This document shows positions 24,791-32,000 of a DNA stretch of 32,000 nt, piece after piece. The notes beneath the pieces were generated by a model. It did not search any database, was not told where the DNA came from, and saw only the letters and a program-made list of their open reading frames with translations. The translations under genes and the position numbers were made by a program. Position 1 is the stretch's first letter. Each line of letters opens with the position of its first letter. Source of the DNA: Sinorhizobium meliloti (GTDB taxonomy: Bacteria > Pseudomonadota > Alphaproteobacteria > Rhizobiales > Rhizobiaceae); the NCBI RefSeq assembly GCF_017876815.1, contig NZ_JAGIOS010000002.1, positions 90,001 through 122,000 on the forward strand, in the 5' to 3' direction.

Positions 24791-24828
24791 ATCGAGACCC
24801 GCCTCGCGGGCCTCGATCGATCGATTTT
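24791..24828 (+). terminator. hairpin plus short T-run downstream of the CsbD gene
   Basis: ATCGAGACCCGC-ctc-GCGGGCCTCGAT (11 of 12 positions paired), followed 7 nt later by TTTT (24825-24828). Confidence 0.45.
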
Positions 24829-24994
24829 CCGCCCAGCGATTGTTCCCCTTGATGGAAGGCGAAGATATTTGCCCGACAAACAGCGGATAGTCGATCTTGG
24901 CTTCCGCCGCCGGAGCTATGCGCCTATGCTCGCGACTGGAGTCCGAAGCCGGTAGGCCGGCACTAACCTGCGTTTCGCTCAGGAGGCCCAGCCC

Positions 24995-25282
24995 ATGACC
25001 ACCGAGAATGAACGGGACAACCGCATTCGTACACGCGCCTATGAGCTGTGGGAAAATGACGGAAGACGTGACGGAGACCATGAGCGGTACTGGCACGAAG
25101 CCGCTCGGCAAATCGACGCGGGGGGTCATTCCGGTCTTGCCTCGGACCTGCAGCCCGGTGGGACGCAGCCCGGCGGCGGACCCGCCAGGGGCGTCGGGAG
25201 CATCGGAAACGAAGGGCCCGAGAAGGCCAAGGCTCCGCCCCGCGGCGCAGGCCCGCGGCGGGGTACGGCGAAGAAGCTATAG
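24995..25282 (+). CDS. DUF2934-family protein (small stress-associated protein)
   Basis: N-terminal IRTRAYELWENDGRRDGDHERYWHEAARQI motif followed by a Gly/Pro-rich basic tail. AGGAGG RBS at 24981-24986. Confidence 0.8.
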   Translation: MTTENERDNRIRTRAYELWENDGRRDGDHERYWHEAARQIDAGGHSGLASDLQPGGTQPGGGPARGVGSIGNEGPEKAKAPPRGAGPRRGTAKKL

Positions 25283-25475
25283 AGAAGAGCAGGCTTCGGC
25301 GCATCCGGGGAATGAGGCCGGGCCCTAAGCCTGTCTGCCCCGGACGGCCCTGCATCGGCGCCTGCTGCCACGTAACCCAATCAGATCGAGTTTCAGCTCT
25401 CCTTCGCAATGGTTGTCCAGGTCGACCGTGCCATCATGGTCGACCCTGCCGTGGCGTCTGACCTTTGGCCGGGGC

Positions 25476-25500
25476 GGAACAACCGGAACCGGGTTTGGTT
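25476..25500 (+). promoter_or_regulatory. EcfG/RpoE2-type promoter candidate for the BON-domain operon: GGAAC-N16-GGTT
   Basis: GGAAC at 25476-25480, a 16-nt spacer, then GGTT at 25497-25500, about 100 nt upstream of ATG 25602. A weaker TGAAC-N17-GTTT lies at 25548-25573. Confidence 0.5.
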
Positions 25501-25601
25501 ACCCAGTGATCGCACCCGCCCTTGGGTCCTATTACCGCAAACCGGATTGAACAAAAGCCAGCCGGTTTTGTTTGACCTCTGCAGAATGAAAGGAGATCGC
25601 A

Positions 25602-26099
25602 ATGAAAGTGCCCCGTAAGGAAAAGGCGCTCTCGCGCGACGAGGACTATCGCGACTATGAGGAGCGCGATCTTCGCGAAGGATGGCCCTACTCGGACGGT
25701 AGCGGCAGTACCTCGCGCAGCCCCGAAAACAGAAGCTATGGCGCTACCGGCGCGAATTTCGATGAGGACCGCGGAAAGGGCTTCATCGTGGATGAGGCCG
25801 GCGCGGACGGTCTTGAGGAAAATCCCGCGGACAATGGTCGTCCTCTGCCGCCGGACCGCATCGACAGCGACGAACTCGAAGCGGTGATCACGGATCTGCT
25901 TGGCCAAAGCGATGAAGCCGAGGCAAACAGCATCGACGTGCGCGCCGATAGAGGCGTCGTGACCCTGGAGGGTGCTGTCGAAACCTTGGCGATGGCGCGC
26001 CGGCTCGCGGCAGCTGTGGAGGCAGTGCCCGGGGTCCTGGAGGTTCGCAACAATCTTCAAACCCTTGGCGTCGATTCGCACATCCCCGACGACGGGTAG
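25602..26099 (+). CDS. BON-domain protein (osmotic/stress-associated)
   Basis: Disordered acidic N-terminal half. C-terminal BON domain: LEAVITDLLGQSDEAEANSIDVRADRGVVTLEGAVETLAMARRLAAAVEAVPGVLEVRNNL. AGGAGA RBS. Confidence 0.85.
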   Translation: MKVPRKEKALSRDEDYRDYEERDLREGWPYSDGSGSTSRSPENRSYGATGANFDEDRGKGFIVDEAGADGLEENPADNGRPLPPDRIDSDELEAVITDLLGQSDEAEANSIDVRADRGVVTLEGAVETLAMARRLAAAVEAVPGVLEVRNNLQTLGVDSHIPDDG

Positions 26100-26153
26100 C
26101 GAGGACGCCTTTGCGGTTGCGGCGCCGCCGCCGGGACATCGATGGAGGGTCCA

Positions 26154-26513
26154 ATGTCAGTGTTCGAGGTATTGGTCGAGCAGGAAGTGGCCGAAGAACT
26201 CGGCGTCGCCGTGGTCATGTTGACCCGGGAGGACAGCCGTGGTCTCCCCCGCAAAGGGATTATGCTCACGCACGAACTCGTCGACGACGCGTTCGAAGGT
26301 GACCGTGAACGTGCGGCTGAAGCGGCACGATCCGGCGTGATCGACCATGAGGCGATGCGCCGGATCGAAGGTCCGGACAGGCTGGTTTATCACCCGCGAG
26401 GCGCAGCCGATCCTGCCGCATGGACGCTTGCCGCATTCAGCCGCGACGATTTGGGACTGTTCGAAGGACCGGTCCGTTCCGGTGGGGCCGGGGCGGGCGG
26501 CATCCAGGTTTAG
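26154..26513 (+). CDS. hypothetical protein (119 aa), probably co-transcribed with the BON gene
   Basis: GC3-rich ORF. GGAGG RBS 6 nt before ATG 26154 (MSVFEVLVEQEV...). No motif recognised. Confidence 0.6.
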   Translation: MSVFEVLVEQEVAEELGVAVVMLTREDSRGLPRKGIMLTHELVDDAFEGDRERAAEAARSGVIDHEAMRRIEGPDRLVYHPRGAADPAAWTLAAFSRDDLGLFEGPVRSGGAGAGGIQV

Positions 26514-26544
26514 ATTACTTCCAACTGTGTAGCGGTTTTCCGTC

Positions 26545-26578
26545 CTAGAGCGTTTCAGTGAAAACTGAAACGCTCTAG
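26545..26578. repeat. perfect 15-bp inverted repeat with a GAAA loop: CTAGAGCGTTTCAGT-gaaa-ACTGAAACGCTCTAG
   Basis: Arms at 26545-26559 and 26564-26578 are exact complements. It lies 32 nt after the stop of the 119-aa ORF. No T-run follows. Confidence 0.7.
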
Positions 26579-26600
26579 CTCTGCACAGGCGGGTTGCCAG

Positions 26601-26625
26601 GGAACAATCCTGTCAATCCGCAGTT
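26601..26625 (+). promoter_or_regulatory. EcfG/RpoE2-type promoter candidate for the DUF1236 gene: GGAAC-N16-AGTT
   Basis: GGAAC at 26601-26605, a 16-nt spacer, then AGTT at 26622-26625, about 37 nt upstream of ATG 26662. Confidence 0.55.
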
Positions 26626-26661
26626 GGCTACCTGAAGGGACGTTCGAATGGAGAACATCCG

Positions 26662-27405
26662 ATGAAGGGTATCCTTATCAAGAGTGCGCTCGCTTTAAGT
26701 CTCGGGGTTGCGTCCACCCCGGTCTTTGCGCAGACGGAACAGCCGGCACAGGGCCAGTCCACCGAATGCCCGGCGGGCACGGAATGTCCGCAAGGCGGCG
26801 CGCAACAGGATCAGCAGCCTGATGCTCAAGGGGGTGCGACACAGGACGGGCAGACGGGCCAGGACCAGCAGCAGCCCACCGATCAGCAGCAACCGGCGGA
26901 TCAAGGTACCGGCCAGCAGCAGGATCAGCAAGATCAACAGAAGCAGCCTGACCAGCAGCAGGACCAGCAAGGCGAAACCGGGACGCAGCAGGATCAAGGC
27001 GGCTCGCAAACCCAGGAGAAGGGGACCGACACGCAGACCGAGCAGCAGGACTCCGAGCAGCAGCCCGCGCAGGGCGAAACCGAGCAGCCCGCTCAAGGCG
27101 AGTCCCAGTCGACCGAGCAGGGTCAGACCTCCGGTTCCTCCGGAAATGTCGACGTGACGGTAGAGCAGAAAACCGAAATCACGCAGGTCATCAAGGAAGA
27201 AAACGTCGAGCCAATCGACGTCGACTTCGATGTATCCGTCGGAGTGGCAGTGCCGGAGACCGTCAAGGTCAAGCTGAGGCCGCTGCCGACCCGCATCGTG
27301 AAGATCGTCCCAAGATACGAAGGCTACCTGTTCTTCGTCCTCGCCGATGGCAGGATCGTCATCGTGGAACCGTCGTCGCTGGAGATCGTGGTGATCCTCG
27401 CCTGA
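26662..27405 (+). CDS. secreted protein: signal peptide, about 135-aa Gln/Asp/Glu/Thr-rich low-complexity region, and a C-terminal DUF1236-like domain
   Basis: Signal peptide MKGILIKSALALSLGVASTPVFA/QT. C-terminus VPETVKVKLRPLPTRIVKIVPRYEGYLFFVLADGRIVIVEPSSLEIVVIL matches the DUF1236 pattern common in Rhizobiales. GGAGAA RBS. Confidence 0.85.
   Translation: MKGILIKSALALSLGVASTPVFAQTEQPAQGQSTECPAGTECPQGGAQQDQQPDAQGGATQDGQTGQDQQQPTDQQQPADQGTGQQQDQQDQQKQPDQQQDQQGETGTQQDQGGSQTQEKGTDTQTEQQDSEQQPAQGETEQPAQGESQSTEQGQTSGSSGNVDVTVEQKTEITQVIKEENVEPIDVDFDVSVGVAVPETVKVKLRPLPTRIVKIVPRYEGYLFFVLADGRIVIVEPSSLEIVVILA
26734..27141 (+). repeat. low-complexity CAG/GAC/CAA-rich coding repeat (Q/D/E/T-rich linker)
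   Basis: Reiterated QQDQQ, QPAQGE(T/S)EQPAQGE and DQQQP units. It produces the spurious antisense ORF 26695..27096. Confidence 0.8.
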
Positions 27406-27422
27406 CTGCTTGCCTCATGAAA

Positions 27423-27457
27423 GGGGCCGCCTGGTTCTCCAGGCGGACCTTTTTTTG
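27423..27457 (+). terminator. rho-independent terminator between the convergent DUF1236 and AI-2E genes
   Basis: CCGCCTGG-ttct-CCAGGCGG stem (27427-27446) followed by a T7 run (27450-27456). Confidence 0.8.
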
Positions 27458-27499
27458 TCCGGCGGTCGTGTGCTGTGGGCTTCGATTTATCCGCAGCGC

Positions 27500-28579
27500 T
27501 CAGGCCTCGGGATTCGAATTATGCCGGCGCCAGATATCCAGGAGCAGCAGCGTTACCGTGAAGGCTACCGGACCGATCACCAGCCCCGCCGACCCGAATA
27601 CGATTATCCCTCCGATCATGCTCATGAAGGCCGTCAGCGTGTGGAGCTTCAGGCGGTCTCCCACGAAAATGGGGTAGAGAAGATTGTCGATGGTCGCAAC
27701 CACTCCGGCACCCCAGGCGACGAGTATGAGCGCCTTTCCCCACTCGCCCCCCAGGGCCAGCGACAGCGCGGCCGGAAGCCAGACGATAAAGGCGCCGAGC
27801 ACCGGCACGACGGCGAGCAAGCCCATGGCGAGACCCCAGACCACAGGCGCCGGCAGACCGAGCAACCAGAACATCAGGCCGCCCATCGCGCCCTGTACGG
27901 CAGCAACGGCCACCGTGCCGAAGACGACGGCCTGCACCGTTTCGTTTACCCGCGTGAACAGCCGGTTCATCTCCTGCGAGCTGAGAGGGGAATATTCCTT
28001 CAGCGCGCCCAGTGCTTGCTGGCCGTCGCGCAGAAAATAGAACAGAAAATAGAATGTCAGGATGGCGTCGACGATCTGGGCAACGGAACCACGTACAAAT
28101 GAGGCGCTGAAGTTGGTCAGCCAACTGGTCGCACTACCAGCGATTCCGGCAAGATCAAGCTGCGTTTCGATCCAGACGACGACCGGCGCAAGGCGTGGAT
28201 AATTGGCGAGCGCATCGCGCCAGGTGCCCGACCTCACCGCTTCCTCGACGATCTGTGCCCCTTTGGCAGCTTCGTTCACCAATCGTTCCGCCATGAAGGT
28301 GAGCGGAACAGCCACGACGAAGGCGGCGATCGCCACGGTCGCCGCGGCCGCGGCTTCCGGGTAGCGGAGCCGTTTTTCGATCCGACGATGCAGCGGCCGG
28401 AACATCACAGTGAGCACGAGCGCCCATGTGAGCGCGGGGAGGAAGGGCACGGCGAGGAAATAGCAGACGACCAATCCCACGACGAGAGCGACAAGGATTG
28501 CCAATGTTCGCGAACGCCGCGGCGTCAGTAGGCGGTCTGGAGCATGCTTTTCCTCACCTACGGAAACACTCTTCGTCAT
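27500..28579 (-). CDS. AI-2E family transporter (PerM/YhhT, UPF0118) permease
   Basis: 359 aa with about 8 TM segments. Characteristic C-terminal half: GLPAPVVWGLAMGLLAVVPVLGAFIVWLPAAL...IDNLLYPIFVGDRLKLHTL..F.S.IGG...FG..GLVIGPV. Confidence 0.85.
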   Translation of the reverse strand: MTKSVSVGEEKHAPDRLLTPRRSRTLAILVALVVGLVVCYFLAVPFLPALTWALVLTVMFRPLHRRIEKRLRYPEAAAAATVAIAAFVVAVPLTFMAERLVNEAAKGAQIVEEAVRSGTWRDALANYPRLAPVVVWIETQLDLAGIAGSATSWLTNFSASFVRGSVAQIVDAILTFYFLFYFLRDGQQALGALKEYSPLSSQEMNRLFTRVNETVQAVVFGTVAVAAVQGAMGGLMFWLLGLPAPVVWGLAMGLLAVVPVLGAFIVWLPAALSLALGGEWGKALILVAWGAGVVATIDNLLYPIFVGDRLKLHTLTAFMSMIGGIIVFGSAGLVIGPVAFTVTLLLLDIWRRHNSNPEA

Positions 28580-28890
28580 CGCGTTTTCTTCGCCCGTTTG
28601 CGGCAGTTTGGGTCCAGTGGGACGGACTTGTCAAAAGATAACGCATCTCAACCGAAAGACGTTGCGACAGCCTGATGTAAACGGGCGCATCATGCGAGGA
28701 ATTGCCCCGGCAGTGCCCGTTGGTCTTGGCTGGTGGGAGCCACTACACAACACTTTGAACATGGTTTGGTAGCGCAATCGGCGTGGATGCTGGACAGTTC
28801 GTGCGGGCGAGAAAGTGGGACCCTTGGGGCATGGCGATGGCGCATGGGCGCCGGCGCGTTTTTGGTTCGGTGGAACAAAGGAAGATAGAT

Positions 28891-29775
28891 ATGTCTTTCA
28901 GGCCGCTTTTCGGTAGTGGGCGAATTCGGACTGCCGGAGAGCAGCCGGCGCAGCCCACGACAGCTTCTTGGGCCGGTTCCTCGGTCGTTTTTGATCGTCG
29001 GCGGTGGACATGCCGGGAAGCCGAACTTCGCTGGACGGCGCCGCATCACGTACTCGTTCTGACGGAGGAAGGCGCCACATCGCAGACCTCCATCCGATCC
29101 GATGGGAAGATGGTTTATGAGGGGCGGGACCGATCCGGTGCGATAACGTTCGTGCCCGCGGGGGTGGAACGACTCGGTGCCTATCGCGACGTCGATCTTA
29201 CCTATTCCGCCCTGTGGATCGATCCCCGGTCTATCTCTCCCGCCAGTGAACACCTGAAGGATTTACCGGTGCTGATAAACAAGAGCGACACTGTGATCAG
29301 CGCGCTGTTGAAATCGCTGAGTAGCGAGATATCCAACGGCCATATCCCCGATTCGGCCTATGTGGATCATCTGATTGCACTCGTCACTTTGCGGATACGT
29401 GGCTTCGCTGATGAGCCCGTCCCGGCTCCCCGCCATGGCTCCCTTGGCAGCCGCGTCGTCAAACGGGTCCGTGATTATGTCGACGCACATTTGGATGGCG
29501 ACATTTCCCTCGGCGATTTGGCCGATGTCGCCGGTGTTGCCTCGGATTCTTTTGCGCGTCGCTTCAAAGTCACGACTGGCTTCGCACCTTACGCCTATGT
29601 GCTCGAGGAACGCATCCGGCGCTCGGAGGCGCTCCTGTGCGAGACCGACACTACGCTGAGCGCGATCGCATTGGCCTGCGGCTTCTCGAGCCAGAGCCAC
29701 TTCACCACGACATTCAAGCGCCTGCGAGGCGTCACCCCGCACGCTTATCGGTCAAAAGTTATTCCGGAATCCTGA
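28891..29775 (+). CDS. AraC/XylS-family transcriptional regulator
   Basis: C-terminal double HTH (ISLGDLADVAGVASDSFARRFKVTTGFAPYAYVLEERIRRSEALL...LSAIALACGFSSQSHFTTTFKRLRGVTPHAYR). ATG 28891 has an AAGGAAG RBS. The track start at 28783 is also possible. Confidence 0.85.
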   Translation: MSFRPLFGSGRIRTAGEQPAQPTTASWAGSSVVFDRRRWTCREAELRWTAPHHVLVLTEEGATSQTSIRSDGKMVYEGRDRSGAITFVPAGVERLGAYRDVDLTYSALWIDPRSISPASEHLKDLPVLINKSDTVISALLKSLSSEISNGHIPDSAYVDHLIALVTLRIRGFADEPVPAPRHGSLGSRVVKRVRDYVDAHLDGDISLGDLADVAGVASDSFARRFKVTTGFAPYAYVLEERIRRSEALLCETDTTLSAIALACGFSSQSHFTTTFKRLRGVTPHAYRSKVIPES

Positions 29776-29901
29776 TAATCCCGCCGATTTCCTGAAAGAA
29801 ACGGCAGGCGCGGGCGGCCATGTTGCGTCGTGTCGATGCGCGCTGCTCGGTGTGTTCCAGGCGGCGTGCAGCCACCTCGCAGTCGAATCCGGAGATGACT
29901 C

Positions 29902-30564
29902 ATGGACGAAACGCAAAAGGACATTGGACCGACGCGAAGAGCCGTGCTCGAGGGCGGTGCAGCCACGACGCTGCTCCTCATCGCCGGCCTGCCTGTCGGG
30001 CGTGCCGCTGCAACCGGTGCTGCCGTTGCCGCACCGCCGGAAACCCCGACGCCCACGCTGCCGGTGCTGCTCAACATCAATTCCAATAACATCGCCGTGG
30101 AACTGGATCCGCGGACCACGCTGCTCGACACCTTGCGCAACCATCTCGTTCTCACCGGTTCGAAAAAGGGTTGCGACCATGGTCAATGCGGAGCCTGCAC
30201 CGTTCTGGTGAACGGACGCCGGATCAATGCCTGTCTGACGCTCGCCGCGATGCATGAAGGGGATGAGATCACCACGATCGAGGGGCTTGCAGGTGAGGAC
30301 GAACTTCACCCGATGCAAGCGGCATTTATCGAACACGACGGCTTTCAGTGCGGCTATTGCACACCCGGACAGATTTGCTCCGCAGTCGGAATGCTGCGGG
30401 AGGTCAGGGAAGGTTGGCCAAGCCACGCAAGCGCGGATGTTGCGGCCGCTCCGACCAATCTCACCGAGGCCGAAATCCGCGAGCGCATGAGCGGCAATAT
30501 CTGCCGTTGCGCCGCTTACCCCAACATCGTAGCCGCCATTCGCGATGCGGCAGAGAGGTCATGA
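29902..30564 (+). CDS. [2Fe-2S]-binding small subunit of a xanthine-dehydrogenase-family molybdoenzyme, with Tat signal (PaoA/YagT-like)
   Basis: Twin-arginine leader (GPTRRAVLEGGAATTLLLIAGLPVGRAAA). Two 2Fe-2S motifs (CDHGQCGACTV and CGYCTPGQ...CRCAAY). Confidence 0.9.
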   Translation: MDETQKDIGPTRRAVLEGGAATTLLLIAGLPVGRAAATGAAVAAPPETPTPTLPVLLNINSNNIAVELDPRTTLLDTLRNHLVLTGSKKGCDHGQCGACTVLVNGRRINACLTLAAMHEGDEITTIEGLAGEDELHPMQAAFIEHDGFQCGYCTPGQICSAVGMLREVREGWPSHASADVAAAPTNLTEAEIRERMSGNICRCAAYPNIVAAIRDAAERS

Positions 30565-30567
30565 AGC

Positions 30568-31554
30568 ATGCAACCCTTCTCCTATCAGCGGGCAGACACA
30601 GTGGAAACGGCCGTTGCGGCTGTGGCGGGCAGGCCGGCGGCACGTTTCATCGCAGGAGGCACCAATCTCCTGGACCTGATGAAGCTGGGCATCGAGCGGC
30701 CGGAGCATCTCGTCGACATCGGCCGTTTGGGACTTGACCGCATCGAGCCGACCGAGGAGGGCGGATTGCATATCGGCGCTCAGGTCCGCAATAGCGATCT
30801 CGCCGCCGATCCGATAGTCAGGTCCCGCTACCCGGCTCTGTCTCAGGCGCTGCTGGCGGGCGCCTCCGGCCAGATACGAAACAAGGCTTCGACAGGCGGC
30901 AACCTTCTCCAACGCACGCGATGCCCCTACTTCTACAACCGCAACATGCCTTGCAACAAGCGAGAACCGGGCGCCGGTTGCGCCGCGCTCAGGGGCTTCA
31001 ACCGGATGCATGCGGTCATCGGAACGAGCCAGGCGTGCATTGCCGTGCATCCCTCAGACATGGCGGTCGCGATGGCGGTGCTCGACGCGAACGTCGAGAC
31101 GGTCTCTCCGGGAGGTGAAACGCGTTCGATCCCGATCGGAGATCTCTACCGGCTGCCCGGCACGACGCCCCACCAGGAGACCGTGCTTGCCCACGGGGAA
31201 ATGATCACCGGCGTTACTCTGCCGCCACCACCCGCGGGCCGGCAGGCATATCGCAAGGTGCGCGACCGTGCCTCCTACGCGTTCGCCCTCGTTTCCGTTG
31301 CAGCAATCATCGAGGTTTCCGGCAATCGGGTGCGAACCGCTCGTGTCGCCTTGGGCGGCGTCGCGCCGAAACCCTGGCGGGCACTGGAAACCGAGAGCAG
31401 GCTCGCGGGCGCGGCACTATCGGACAATGTGCTGACGGACGCGGCGGAGGCCGCCCTGGCGGGAGCCGTCGGACATGGCGGCAACGACTTCAAGATTCCC
31501 TTGGGCAAGCGGACGGTGCGTTACACGCTCTCTTCCGCGGCCGAACAAGCGTGA
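30568..31554 (+). CDS. FAD-binding medium subunit (PaoB/YagS-like) with a Cys-rich FeS insertion
   Basis: [13 protein letters not shown]...[18 protein letters not shown]_binding_5 N-terminus. Cys cluster [22 protein letters not shown]...[10 protein letters not shown], as in PaoB-type subunits. Confidence 0.9.
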   Translation: MQPFSYQRADTVETAVAAVAGRPAARFIAGGTNLLDLMKLGIERPEHLVDIGRLGLDRIEPTEEGGLHIGAQVRNSDLAADPIVRSRYPALSQALLAGASGQIRNKASTGGNLLQRTRCPYFYNRNMPCNKREPGAGCAALRGFNRMHAVIGTSQACIAVHPSDMAVAMAVLDANVETVSPGGETRSIPIGDLYRLPGTTPHQETVLAHGEMITGVTLPPPPAGRQAYRKVRDRASYAFALVSVAAIIEVSGNRVRTARVALGGVAPKPWRALETESRLAGAALSDNVLTDAAEAALAGAVGHGGNDFKIPLGKRTVRYTLSSAAEQA

Positions 31555-31576
31555 CCCGAGCAGACTGGTGGAAACA

Positions 31577-32000
31577 ATGACAGATAAGGCGCAGCGACAT
31601 ACCACAAGCGGCGGCAGCCTCATAGGCAGACCCGTCGACCGCGTCGATGGACCGGTCAAGGTTACCGGTACCGCTACCTATGCCTACGAAGTCGCGGAGG
31701 GCCCGCCTTCGGCTTTCGGTTTTGTGCTGGGTGCGGGCATCGCCAAAGGCCGCATTCTGGAAATCGAAACCGGCCTGGCCGAACGAACGCCGGGCGTCCT
31801 TCACGTGATGACGCATCTGAATGCACCGCCCCAACCGGAATTCGGTCCGGCCGTTACGCCGGCCGTGCGCGAGGTTTTCACCCGTGCGCGGCCCGTGCTT
31901 CGCGACGGCCGCATTCGCCACTATGACGAGCCGATCGCACTTGTGGTCGGCGAGACCTTCGAGGCCGCACGCGCCGCTGCGGCCCTCATCCAGGTTCGCT
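31577..32000 (+). CDS. molybdopterin-binding large subunit (PaoC/YagR-like), N-terminal 141 codons only; runs off the right edge
   Basis: Not in the track because it has no stop. ATG 31577, MTDKAQRHTTSGGSLIGRPVDRVDGPVKVTGTATYAYE..., the typical Ald_Xan_dh N-terminal motif. The frame is open to the window end. Confidence 0.85.
   Translation, partial: MTDKAQRHTTSGGSLIGRPVDRVDGPVKVTGTATYAYEVAEGPPSAFGFVLGAGIAKGRILEIETGLAERTPGVLHVMTHLNAPPQPEFGPAVTPAVREVFTRARPVLRDGRIRHYDEPIALVVGETFEAARAAAALIQVR

Noticed and set aside
24945-24974. CGTT at 24971-24974 as a -10 element for an EcfG-type promoter of the DUF2934 gene
   Set aside because: There is no GGAAC-like -35 element at N16-17 (only GGTAG at N15), and the leader would be too short to include the RBS comfortably.
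26695-27096. 133-aa Leu/Arg-rich minus-strand ORF
   Set aside because: It is the reverse-complement artefact of the CAG/CAA-rich low-complexity coding tract of the DUF1236 gene.
28690-29253. 187-aa minus-strand ORF overlapping the AraC gene start
   Set aside because: It has no RBS, overlaps the well-supported AraC ORF, and has no motif.

Overview
GC-rich alphaproteobacterial DNA of Sinorhizobium/Ensifer type. I see no rRNA, tRNA, CRISPR array, transposase or integrase. By gene content, order and orientation, bases 1-23257 match the galactoglucan (EPS II) exp/wg cluster described for the S. meliloti pSymB megaplasmid. The cluster has five parts: (1) a leftward wgeA-F operon (RTX Ca-binding protein, GT2 enzyme, SAM methyltransferase, GT4 enzyme, two unknowns; the last gene runs off the left edge); (2) a leftward type I secretion pair (wgdA ABC, wgdB MFP); (3) the MarR-type regulator wggR; (4) wgcA (GT4); (5) an 11-kb rightward wgaA-J operon (orphan protein, fused GT2+GT4, two paralogous pyruvyltransferase-like proteins, a secreted clan-A glycosidase-like protein, and rmlA/C/B/D homologues). 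Three AT-rich intergenic islands carry copies of a CTTCAA-N3-TTGAAGTAATTT-type palindrome, the WggR/ExpG operator type. Right of the cluster lie: a stand-alone ThsA-like SIR2 gene with a 56-aa membrane ORF, which is the most novel-looking item; a general-stress-type island (CsbD, DUF2934, BON, an orphan, a Q-rich DUF1236 secreted protein) with three GGAAC-N16-nGTT EcfG/RpoE2-type promoter candidates; an AI-2E permease; an AraC regulator; and a Tat-exported PaoABC-like Mo/FAD/FeS oxidoreductase whose last gene is truncated at the right edge. All identifications rest on my reading of translated motifs and on remembered literature. No database search was possible. The ORF track uses GTG/TTG as M, so several starts were re-placed using RBS and gene-junction evidence.
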